The position numbers and the translations under genes were made by a program. Source: a bacterium (GTDB lineage: Bacteria; UBP7; UBA6624). Taken from it: DNA of 32,000 bases. How positions within the stretch are numbered: the first letter of the stretch is position 1; the number at the start of each line of letters is the position of its first letter. Location of the stretch: NCBI GenBank assembly GCA_002716355.1, contig PBAU01000002.1:137121-169120 (forward strand), read 5' to 3'. The notes beneath the pieces are model-generated. The model was not told the DNA's origin. It made no database searches and was given only the letters and a program-made list of their open reading frames with translations. Below, in pieces: positions 1-7,842 of this stretch.

Positions 1-724
1 GGATTGGGGAGTTCTTTTGCTTGAAACCGAAACCGTTTTTGGAATTGCTACCAAGCCAAAGAATATAGATAAAATTTTTGAAATAAAATCTAGAGACTAC
101 ACCAAGCCTTTGTCCTGGGTGTTTCCGCCAAAATCTGATTTTATTATCAATCATCTTCAGCCGAAACAAGGCGAATTTTTTGACTCTTATTGGGAGTGTT
201 CGGAATTTCATAAAGAAATTTTTGACTACTTGCTCACAGCTCAATTATCAATAACAACTGTTATTCCAGGAGAATCAAAACAGGATAAATGTTTGCCCCC
301 AGCATCTTCAGAAATGGGGATTGGAGTAAGGTTCGGAAATTTTGGCTTGAATCAATTGGCCCATCTTTCAGGACCTTATCTTTTAACAAGTGCTAACAAG
401 TCTGGCGATCGGTCACCCAAGATGGTAGAAGAGATTGATGATTCAATTCTTGTGAAAGTATCTGGTTTCTACAATCTTAATGATGTGATAATCGATAACC
501 CGATTGAAGTGGACGAAGATGGTAAATTTATTTGGGAGGAGGACGAGGAGCCTTTGAGCAATTGGTTTGTTGACCAGGTAAACAAATACCATAAAATCTT
601 AAAAGGAGAACCTTCCCCTGTGGTTCTGCTGTCAGGCAATACAATTAAAACATTAAGGGGAAGCGTTTCAGAAGGTGTTCAGAAAAGCATGACTGAGGCT
701 TTTCCCGATTTGAAATTTATATGA
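1..724 (+). CDS. tsaC: L-threonylcarbamoyladenylate synthase, YrdC/TsaC/Sua5 family (5' end cut by window edge)
   Basis: The frame is open from nt 2 (DWGVLLLETETVFGIA...), so the TTG at 17 is not the true start. YrdC-domain motifs are present: 'TETVFGIA' (cf. PTDTVYGL) and 'LLTSANKSGD' (TSAN.SG). The stop TGA at 722-724 overlaps the next ATG (ATGA). Confidence 0.75.
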   Translation, partial: DWGVLLLETETVFGIATKPKNIDKIFEIKSRDYTKPLSWVFPPKSDFIINHLQPKQGEFFDSYWECSEFHKEIFDYLLTAQLSITTVIPGESKQDKCLPPASSEMGIGVRFGNFGLNQLAHLSGPYLLTSANKSGDRSPKMVEEIDDSILVKVSGFYNLNDVIIDNPIEVDEDGKFIWEEDEEPLSNWFVDQVNKYHKILKGEPSPVVLLSGNTIKTLRGSVSEGVQKSMTEAFPDLKFI

Positions 725-1845
725 AAGCTTTTAAGGCGTTTTTTGAAAAATATTCTGTCTGGTTTATTTCACTTGGTTCCCCTGGGTTGTTTTTATGGGC
801 TTTTTTTGAAGCTATATTTTTTCCTTTGCCACCAGATATTGGCCTGATTATTTTTGTTAAAGAGAATCCTGAAATTTGGATAAACTTGGCTGCTTTAAGC
901 ACTGTTGGAAGCGCATCTGGAGCCATGGTTGGTTGGTTAATCGGGTCTGTTTTCAAGGAGAAATTAGAAATTAAATTTGCCAAAAACAATAAATATCAAA
1001 AAATAAAAAGAAATTTACTTAAATATGGAGGCGAAGCAATTGTGTTTGCTGGCTTTACACCTCTGCCTTATAAATTATTTGCAATAACTTCCGGAATGAT
1101 AGGTTTGCCATTAAAGGTTTTATTTTGGTCTTCCATTATTGGCAGAGGAGCAAGGTTTGCTCTTGTTGGATATGTAACTGCAAAATTCAAAGACGGCATT
1201 AGTGAATTTTGGTCTAGTCCATCTGGATTAATTTGGATTTTTGTTATGTTCTTAGCGTTATTTATTTATGCTAAAAGGAAATCTAAAAATAAAGAAAATA
1301 GGCTTTTTAAACCAAAACATTTAGGCGGACATGATAATAAAACATGGTTAGATGAAGGAGCTTTAAGCTACTTGGTAACAAATCTTAAAGTCAAATCTTA
1401 TTTGGACATTGGTTGTGGCCCTGGAGGGATGATTAAGCTTGCTGAAAGCATGGACCTTAAAGCTTATGGGATTGACGGTGACCCCACTTTGAAATTCAAC
1501 AACCTTGATGTCTTGAAACATGATTACACTAAAGGTGAAAGTGCTTTCGATCAAGCAGTTGATCTTGCTTGGAGTGTTGAATTTTTAGAACATGTAGATG
1601 AGCGCTACCAAGAACACTATATGAAGGATTTTCAAAAAGCAAAATATGTTTTTGTCACACATGCTCCAATCGGCAAAACGGGACATCATCATGTTAATTG
1701 TCAATCGAGCGAATATTGGATTGATGTTTTTGAAAAATACGGCTTTAAATATGAAAGAAAACATACTGAAAATGTAAGAATCCATTCAACAATGCCAAGA
1801 GAGTTTGTAAAAGAAACAGGTTTGGTTTTCTCAAATTTAAACTAG
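721..1845 (+). CDS. Fusion protein: N-terminal YqaA/DedA-family (SNARE-associated) membrane domain plus C-terminal class I SAM-dependent methyltransferase
   Basis: The first ~190 aa are hydrophobic and carry DedA/YqaA-type motifs 'FFEAIFFPLPPD' and 'LLKYGGEAIVFAGFTPLPYKLFAITSGM'. A basic linker 'KRKSKNKENR' follows. The C-terminal part has SAM-binding motif I 'YLDIGCGPGGM' and 'DLAWSVEFLEHV'. It is a single uninterrupted ORF with no ATG between the last TM segment and motif I. Confidence 0.7.
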   Translation: MKAFKAFFEKYSVWFISLGSPGLFLWAFFEAIFFPLPPDIGLIIFVKENPEIWINLAALSTVGSASGAMVGWLIGSVFKEKLEIKFAKNNKYQKIKRNLLKYGGEAIVFAGFTPLPYKLFAITSGMIGLPLKVLFWSSIIGRGARFALVGYVTAKFKDGISEFWSSPSGLIWIFVMFLALFIYAKRKSKNKENRLFKPKHLGGHDNKTWLDEGALSYLVTNLKVKSYLDIGCGPGGMIKLAESMDLKAYGIDGDPTLKFNNLDVLKHDYTKGESAFDQAVDLAWSVEFLEHVDERYQEHYMKDFQKAKYVFVTHAPIGKTGHHHVNCQSSEYWIDVFEKYGFKYERKHTENVRIHSTMPREFVKETGLVFSNLN

Positions 1846-1861
1846 GATTGTCTTTAAACAA

Positions 1862-2266
1862 ATGGAGGATACTTTTTTGATAATAAAGCCAACAGCCTTT
1901 AAGGCTGGTTCGGCAGAAGGTATTTTGACAATGGTTAAGCAAAATGGATTTGAAATTATTAAGCAAAAAGAAACCCATATTCCTCTGGAAACAGCAAAGA
2001 AACATTATGAAGAGCATTCGGAAAAACCATTTTTTCCAGGACTTATAGAGTTCATTACAAGTGGTAAAGTTATGCTTGTTCATTTGAGAAAAGATAATGC
2101 AATTCTTGATTTAAGAAACTTAATGGGAAATACCAATCCTGAAAAAGCAGAAGAGGGTACGATTCGAAAGATTTTTGGAAGTTCAATGACTGCAAATGCG
2201 GTTCATGGATCAGACTCTATCAGCTCAGCAAAAAGAGAACTGGAAATTTTTTCTTGTTTGTTTTGA
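1862..2266 (+). CDS. ndk: Nucleoside diphosphate kinase
   Basis: 'TFLIIKP' near the N-terminus, the active-site His motif 'NAVHGSDS', and a length of 134 aa. Confidence 0.9.
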   Translation: MEDTFLIIKPTAFKAGSAEGILTMVKQNGFEIIKQKETHIPLETAKKHYEEHSEKPFFPGLIEFITSGKVMLVHLRKDNAILDLRNLMGNTNPEKAEEGTIRKIFGSSMTANAVHGSDSISSAKRELEIFSCLF

Positions 2267-2305
2267 TTTTTCTATAATAAAAGTACACTTTTTTAAAAAA
2301 AAGAC

Positions 2306-2334
2306 TTGAAAAAATAAATTAAACGACATATACT
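2306..2334 (+). promoter_or_regulatory. Candidate sigma70-type promoter for nrdBA (-35 TTGAAA, 17-nt spacer, -10 TATACT)
   Basis: TTGAAA at 2306-2311 and TATACT at 2329-2334, separated by exactly 17 nt. This predicts a TSS near 2341. A second isolated TATAAT at 2273-2278 has no good -35. Confidence 0.45.
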
Positions 2335-2340
2335 TTCAAT

Positions 2341-2435
2341 TACCCAATAGCTCTCCTCGCCCTCCGCGGAGAGAAAAGAGAAATAACTACCTAACGGGTT
2401 TGTTGTGCAATTTTTTGTTTGGAGCTTTTTGGGTA
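2341..2435 (+). promoter_or_regulatory. Putative structured 5' leader of nrdBA (unclassified cis-regulatory RNA candidate)
   Basis: There is a GC-rich island in AT-rich DNA, including the perfect 10-bp palindrome CTCCGCGGAG at 2362-2371. A local hairpin is possible between CTCTCC (2351-2356) and GGAGAG (2368-2373). It competes with a long-range helix: TACCCAA (2341-2347) with TTGGGTA (2429-2435), plus GCTCT (2350-2354) with GGAGC (2421-2425). Confidence 0.3.
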
Positions 2436-2443
2436 TTTTGATT

Positions 2444-3529
2444 ATGGCAAAAATTTATAAAATTGGTAACAAGGATTTCCTCCTAGATGAACAAAAAGCG
2501 AAAGAGGTTTATTCCGCTAAAAAGGTGATTAATGGTCATGAAACAATGACTTTCAATCTTTTGCCATTGAAATATACATGGGCTTATGACATTTATAGGA
2601 ACATGAAGGCAAACCATTGGGAACCTGAAGATATATCAATGCAAAAAGATATTGAACAGTGGAAATCACAAGATTTTCTAAGCGATAACGAGAGATGGAT
2701 AATAATGATGGGTATTGGTTATTTTTCCGCAGCAGAAGGGATTGTTGGTGACAACATACTTCATGTTGTCAGAGAGAATGTGACAGCTCCTGAACTTAAG
2801 CTTGTTTTGGGCAGGCACACACATGAAGAAAACATCCATGCTGACAGCTTGCTTTACATGATTAGCTCACTAGGGATTAACCCTCATGAATGTGAAGCTA
2901 TGTTTGAGCAAATAGGAACAATAAAAAGAAAGAACTCTTTCGTTACCAAGGTGTCACAATCCCTTCGAAGAGACTTGGATTTAACAAAAACAGAAAATAA
3001 GCAACTTTTTGCTAAAAATTTATTTGTTTTTGGGCAATGCATGGAGGGGACTCAGTTTTATGGTTTGTTTGGAATGATTCTTAGCCTTTATAGACAAAAT
3101 AAATTCCCAGGTATTGGCCAGATGTTTAGATACACACTTAGAGATGAATCCAACCATATTGAACTATTGAGAAATTTATTTATGGATCTGGTTTCGGAAA
3201 ATCCTGACATTTGGAATTCTGATTTCAAAGAGGAGCTCAGATCGCTCATGAGCGAAGCAATACGTCTTGAAAAAGAGTTTATCGATGATTGCCTGCCTGT
3301 CAGCTCAATTGGCTTGAGCCCAGATGAGTTTAAGCAGTACATCGACTATATTGCCAATCGTCGTTTGAAGAGTTGTGGACTAGAGGAATTGACGCCAGGG
3401 ATTACCAACCCTCTCCCGTGGCTAGCAGAGCTGATGGACATCAAAAAAGAACAAAACTTTTTTGAGGGAAGGGTTACAGAGTATCAAAAAGCATCATCAT
3501 TAGAAACCGTCGATGATGATGAGCTTTAA
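2444..3529 (+). CDS. nrdB: Ribonucleotide reductase small (beta/R2) subunit, class I, with class Ic-like metal-site signature
   Basis: Ferritin-like ExxH pairs 'HEENIHAD' and 'RDESNHIE', plus 'CMEGTQFY'. The C-terminal acidic tail is 'ETVDDDEL'. The start is placed at the ATG at 2444 (MAKIYKIG...). The GTG at 2405 in the track would add an unprecedented hydrophobic 13-aa extension. Confidence 0.9.
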   Translation: MAKIYKIGNKDFLLDEQKAKEVYSAKKVINGHETMTFNLLPLKYTWAYDIYRNMKANHWEPEDISMQKDIEQWKSQDFLSDNERWIIMMGIGYFSAAEGIVGDNILHVVRENVTAPELKLVLGRHTHEENIHADSLLYMISSLGINPHECEAMFEQIGTIKRKNSFVTKVSQSLRRDLDLTKTENKQLFAKNLFVFGQCMEGTQFYGLFGMILSLYRQNKFPGIGQMFRYTLRDESNHIELLRNLFMDLVSENPDIWNSDFKEELRSLMSEAIRLEKEFIDDCLPVSSIGLSPDEFKQYIDYIANRRLKSCGLEELTPGITNPLPWLAELMDIKKEQNFFEGRVTEYQKASSLETVDDDEL

Positions 3530-3548
3530 TTTTTTATGGAGATGAGTT

Positions 3549-6500
3549 ATGGGAAAGAATATATTTGAAGAAGATCAACATTTAGAGAAAATGATCTCTA
3601 TGGGAAAAGATGAGAAACCAAATTTTAATTGGTCAGAATTATTCAAAGAAGAAGATTCAAAAATTCCTTATGCCCTAGTTATAAAAGACGGTAAAGAAGA
3701 AGCTTTTAATTTAGCTGAAGTCGCTAAAACAATCGGAGAGGCTTTGACAGATTTGCTTTTGTCAAAAAAAGAAGAAGATATTTTTAACGAACAAAACAAA
3801 ACATTTGTTTTAAATGTTGTTGATCTTGTTTCTTCGAAATTAGCTAGCAGGATTAAAGATAAAAAATCTTTAAAGCTGACAAAAAGAGAAGTTTCATTGT
3901 TGGTTGAAAAGGTTTTAATAGAAAGAGATGCACATGATGTTGCTAGAAGCTTAGTGTTTAAAAGATCTTTAAACAACCCAAATCGCGTTAATGATTTTTC
4001 TGGAAGAGTGAAGCTTATAAGGAGAAATGGCCAGGTTGTTCCATGGAATGAAAGAAAAATTGAGAGTGCTGTAAGGAAGGCTTTTCTGTCAATGCAGTTT
4101 GACTCTAGTGCAGCTGTTGATATTGCTAAGTCTGTCACAGGCATCGTGATGGAAAGATCGCAAGAGTTCATGGCAATAGAAGATGTTCAGGATTTAGTTC
4201 AGCAAGAGTTGATGCGTAAAGGGCATTACAAGGTGGCCGAAGCATATATTCTTTATCGTGCTGAAAGGAGATTTGCACGTACTTCACCTCAACAGGATCA
4301 AAATGAACAGCCTGCTCTTATCTCAGTTGCAAGAAATGATGGTTCTACCTTTTTCTGGGATGGCGAGGATCTTCGATTAAGAATCAAGTTTGCCTCAATA
4401 GGGCTTGATTTAATGATGACCGATGATGAGGTTGAAAGTGAGTTAAGAAGATCTGTTTTTTCAAATATCACAATGGAAGATTTGAAAAAAACAATTATCC
4501 TGAATGCAAAATCATTAATAGAAAAAGACTCAGGCTTCAACAAGTTTGCTGGAAGAATCCTTTTAACTTATATTTATGAAGAGGTTCTAGGTTGGGATAT
4601 TGTTAAAGATGGAATTGGACAGCTTAAGAAATTCCATGAAATTGCATTTAAGAGAAATTTAGCAAGAGCTGTAGAGATTGAAAGGATAAATCCTGAAATG
4701 TTAAATTACGACCTTGACAAATTGGCTTCCTTTATCGACCCTTCTTCTGATTTAGGTTTTGACTATTTGGGAATTCAGACCCTTTATGATCGTTATTTAA
4801 TTGTTGACAAAACACAAGCATTGCATAAAAGACTTGAGTGTCCACAATTGTTTTGGATGAGAGTTTCCATGGGTTTGTTTTTAGAGGATGATGACAGGGA
4901 GAAGAATATTGTTCAGCTTTATAAAATGTATAAAAGTAGAAGATTTTGTTCATCGACCCCAACGTTATTTAATTCTGGAACTTTACATTCTCAACTTTCT
5001 TCCTGTTATCTTTATAAAGTTGATGACGACCTTAAATCCATTATGGAAAGAGGCATTGCTGAAAATGCGTATTTGTCCAAATGGGCCGGTGGGCTTGGTG
5101 GAAGCTGGACAGCTGTTAGAGGAATGGGTTCTTACATTAAAGGCACGAATGGAGAAAGCCAGGGCGTGATTCCATTCTTAAAGCTTCATAATGACCAACT
5201 TGTTGCTGTTAACCAAGGTGGAAAAAGAAAAGGTTCCGGATGTGCATATTTGGAAAGTTGGCATAGTGATATCTATGATTTTTTGGATTTGAGGAAAAAC
5301 ACTGGAGATGAACGAAGAAGGACTCATGATCTAAATACTGCAAACTGGATTCCAGACTTATTCATGAAAAGGATGGAAGCACGTGAAAAATGGACACTTT
5401 TCCACAGCAATGAAACTCCTGAGCTACATGATTTGTACGGTTCTGATTTTGAGAAAAAATATGTTGAATATGAAAAGATAGCTAAAGAGGGGAAGATTTT
5501 CAGTGAGGAGATCCCAGCATTGGATCTTTGGAAAAAAATGCTGACAATGCTTTTTGAAACTGGTCATCCATGGATTACGTTTAAAGATGCTTGCAATATG
5601 CGTAACCCGCAAGATCATGTTGGAGTAATACATAGCTCCAATCTTTGCACTGAGATTACACTCAATACTGGCGCTGATGAAACAGCTGTTTGCAACCTAG
5701 GTTCAGTTGTTTTAGACAACCATCTTGACTCCGAAGGAAATCTTGATAGAAAGAAGCTAAGGGAAACAATTAGGATTGCCATCAGAGCTCTTGATAATGT
5801 TATTGATATTAATTTTTATCCAACTAAACCAGCATCAAATTCCAATAACAGGCATCGTCCTATTGGACTTGGGGTGATGGGTTTGCAAAATTCTTTATAC
5901 ATGAAGGATATTGCTTTTGGCTCTGAGGCGGCTGTGGACTTTAATGATGAATTCATGGAAGCAATTGCTTATTATGCGTACGAAGCGTCAAGTGACTTAT
6001 CTAAAGAAAGAGGAAGTTATTCTAGCTTTAAAGGCTCAAAATGGTCTAAAGGAATCATGCCGATAGATAGTTTGGAAAGTTTGGAAAAAGAGCGTAATGT
6101 CAAGATCGATGTACCACGATCTAAAGCTATGAATTGGGATACCCTGAGAAAAAAGATCAAAAAACAAGGGATGAGAAACAGCAATGTTTTAGCTATTGCG
6201 CCAACAGCGACAATTTCCAATATCATGGGCAGCTCTCCCTGTATTGAACCAACATACAAAAACCTTTTTGTAAAGAGCAATCTTTCTGGAGATTTTATTA
6301 GCTTGAACCAGTTCCTTGTTGATGATTTGAAGGATTTAAATTTATGGGATCAAGAAATGCTTGACCAATTGAAATATTTTGATGGAGAGCTTGAGGATAT
6401 TGTTGAAATTCCTCAAAACATTAAGGATAAATATAAAACAGCTTTTTCGGTTAGTCATGAATATTTAATTGATGCTGCTGCAAGAAGGCAAAAATGGATA

Positions 6501-6761
6501 GACCAGTCACAATCAGTTAATTTGTTTTTGGCAAAACCAGAATTAAAAACACTTTCACACATGTATAGGCGTGCTTGGCACACGGGCTTAAAAACAACTT
6601 ATTACTTAAGAACCCTTGGAGCTTCAGATATTGAAAAAGCAACAATTGATGTCAAAAAGGAAGTCAGAGGCGTTGTTTCGGGAGAGCAAGATTCACAACC
6701 GCAAAGTGCATGCAGTATTGATGCTTGGATGAATGGTGAAGAATGTGAATCTTGTCAGTGA
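3549..6761 (+). CDS. nrdA: Ribonucleotide reductase large (alpha/R1) subunit, class I, with three N-terminal ATP-cone-like repeats
   Basis: 'STPTLFNSGT', 'NLCTEI' (catalytic Cys/Glu loop), 'TTYYLRT' (Tyr-Tyr dyad), and the C-terminal redox Cys tail 'CSIDAWMNGEECESCQ'. GGAGA Shine-Dalgarno upstream. Length 1070 aa. Confidence 0.93.
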   Translation: MGKNIFEEDQHLEKMISMGKDEKPNFNWSELFKEEDSKIPYALVIKDGKEEAFNLAEVAKTIGEALTDLLLSKKEEDIFNEQNKTFVLNVVDLVSSKLASRIKDKKSLKLTKREVSLLVEKVLIERDAHDVARSLVFKRSLNNPNRVNDFSGRVKLIRRNGQVVPWNERKIESAVRKAFLSMQFDSSAAVDIAKSVTGIVMERSQEFMAIEDVQDLVQQELMRKGHYKVAEAYILYRAERRFARTSPQQDQNEQPALISVARNDGSTFFWDGEDLRLRIKFASIGLDLMMTDDEVESELRRSVFSNITMEDLKKTIILNAKSLIEKDSGFNKFAGRILLTYIYEEVLGWDIVKDGIGQLKKFHEIAFKRNLARAVEIERINPEMLNYDLDKLASFIDPSSDLGFDYLGIQTLYDRYLIVDKTQALHKRLECPQLFWMRVSMGLFLEDDDREKNIVQLYKMYKSRRFCSSTPTLFNSGTLHSQLSSCYLYKVDDDLKSIMERGIAENAYLSKWAGGLGGSWTAVRGMGSYIKGTNGESQGVIPFLKLHNDQLVAVNQGGKRKGSGCAYLESWHSDIYDFLDLRKNTGDERRRTHDLNTANWIPDLFMKRMEAREKWTLFHSNETPELHDLYGSDFEKKYVEYEKIAKEGKIFSEEIPALDLWKKMLTMLFETGHPWITFKDACNMRNPQDHVGVIHSSNLCTEITLNTGADETAVCNLGSVVLDNHLDSEGNLDRKKLRETIRIAIRALDNVIDINFYPTKPASNSNNRHRPIGLGVMGLQNSLYMKDIAFGSEAAVDFNDEFMEAIAYYAYEASSDLSKERGSYSSFKGSKWSKGIMPIDSLESLEKERNVKIDVPRSKAMNWDTLRKKIKKQGMRNSNVLAIAPTATISNIMGSSPCIEPTYKNLFVKSNLSGDFISLNQFLVDDLKDLNLWDQEMLDQLKYFDGELEDIVEIPQNIKDKYKTAFSVSHEYLIDAAARRQKWIDQSQSVNLFLAKPELKTLSHMYRRAWHTGLKTTYYLRTLGASDIEKATIDVKKEVRGVVSGEQDSQPQSACSIDAWMNGEECESCQ

Positions 6762-6767
6762 TTTTTA

Positions 6768-7334
6768 ATGTCAGTAAAATCTGATTCCTGGATTAAAAAA
6801 ATGGCTATTGATCATGAGATGATTAGCCCTTTTTCCTCCCAGCAAGTTAGAGAGGAAAAAGGTAAAAAGGTAGTATCTTACGGACTTTCATCCTATGGCT
6901 ATGACATTAGAGTGGCTGATGAATTTAAAATTTTCACAAACATACATTCAAAAGAAATCGATCCAAAAGAAATTAAAAAAGATTGTTTTGTTGAGGTTAA
7001 AGCAGACAATATTCTTGTTCCGCCTAATTCTTTTGCGCTAGCAAGAACTGTCGAGTATTTCAAAATACCTAGACGAGTTATAACATTATGTGTTGGTAAA
7101 TCGACATATGCAAGATGTGGAATCATTGTCAATGTAACACCATTTGAACCAGAGTGGGAAGGTTATGTGACTCTTGAGATTAGCAACACCACACCATTGC
7201 CAGCACGCATTTATGCAAACCAAGGAATTGCTCAGGTTTTATTCTTTGAAAGTGATCAGGAATGCGAAATTTCTTATAAAGATCGAAGCGGTAAATACCA
7301 ATCCCAAACCGGTATAACCCTACCTAGTGTTTAG
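6768..7334 (+). CDS. dcd: dCTP deaminase
   Basis: 'SYGYDIRV', '[19 protein letters not shown]', '[12 protein letters not shown]'. Length 188 aa. Confidence 0.88.
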   Translation: MSVKSDSWIKKMAIDHEMISPFSSQQVREEKGKKVVSYGLSSYGYDIRVADEFKIFTNIHSKEIDPKEIKKDCFVEVKADNILVPPNSFALARTVEYFKIPRRVITLCVGKSTYARCGIIVNVTPFEPEWEGYVTLEISNTTPLPARIYANQGIAQVLFFESDQECEISYKDRSGKYQSQTGITLPSV

Positions 7335-7377
7335 TTTTTTTAGTCGCTACTTTTTTTATCTATAGGAGGATATGTAT

Positions 7378-7842
7378 ATGATAAATAAAGTTATATTGTT
7401 AGGAAGGCTTGGCGGCGATGCAGAGGTTTCACATTATGACAGTGGTAGGTCTCAGGCAAAATTTAGCATGGTGACTTCTCGCAGATTTAAAACCAAGGAT
7501 GGAGAGGATCGCGAAGATGCTCAATGGCACAATGTTGTCATATGGGGGAATGCTGATAGATTGGATTACATCCCTGAAGTTTTTAAGAAGGGAAAGATGG
7601 TTTATGTTGAAGGGATGGTTAAGTATAGAGAATACGAACCTGAACCAGGAAACAAAAGATATTTTACTGATATAGATGCTAGTTGGCCTCATGGCGTATT
7701 AAAAATTGTTTCCTCACAGGGTGCAGAGGCTTCACAAGCTGGTCAAAATGCTGGAAACTCTACATCAGCTCCCACACAAGAGATTGATGTGAACAAGGAT
7801 GTTCCAACTGTTGATTTTGGCGATTTGCCACCTGTGGAATAA
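7378..7842 (+). CDS. ssb: Single-stranded DNA-binding protein
   Basis: OB-fold motifs 'INKVILLGRLGGDAEV' and 'WHNVVIWG', followed by a Gly/Gln/Ala-rich linker. AGGAGG at 7364-7369 is too close to the ATG at 7372 but well spaced for the ATG at 7378. Confidence 0.85.
   Translation: MINKVILLGRLGGDAEVSHYDSGRSQAKFSMVTSRRFKTKDGEDREDAQWHNVVIWGNADRLDYIPEVFKKGKMVYVEGMVKYREYEPEPGNKRYFTDIDASWPHGVLKIVSSQGAEASQAGQNAGNSTSAPTQEIDVNKDVPTVDFGDLPPVE

Noticed and set aside
717-2083. Minus-strand ORFs 717-989, 1363-1554, 1585-1785 and 1745-2083.
   Set aside because: They are antisense to the well-supported fusion gene and ndk. They have hydrophobic, low-complexity translations and no start signals.
2321-2340. 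A possible NrdR box in the nrdB promoter ('aaacgacatatactttcaat').
   Set aside because: NrdR boxes are 16-bp palindromes, usually in tandem. This segment is not palindromic (GACATATAC versus its complement GTATATGTC), and no second box or nrdR gene is visible.
2405-2443. The GTG start in the ORF track for nrdB, which adds 'MQFFVWSFLGILI'.
   Set aside because: A hydrophobic extension of this kind is unknown in R2 proteins. The region overlaps the predicted leader helix. The ATG at 2444 gives a normal R2 N-terminus, although neither start has a well-spaced Shine-Dalgarno.
3668-4171. 167-aa minus-strand ORF antisense to the 5' part of nrdA, plus similar antisense ORFs at 4298-4543, 4732-4962, 5424-5633 and 6017-6280.
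   Set aside because: The translated product is low-complexity (Ser/Leu/Phe/Thr-rich) with no recognisable motifs. It lies entirely inside a very well supported CDS. This is the expected shadow of GAA/AAA/GAT-rich codons, whose reverse complements rarely give stop codons.
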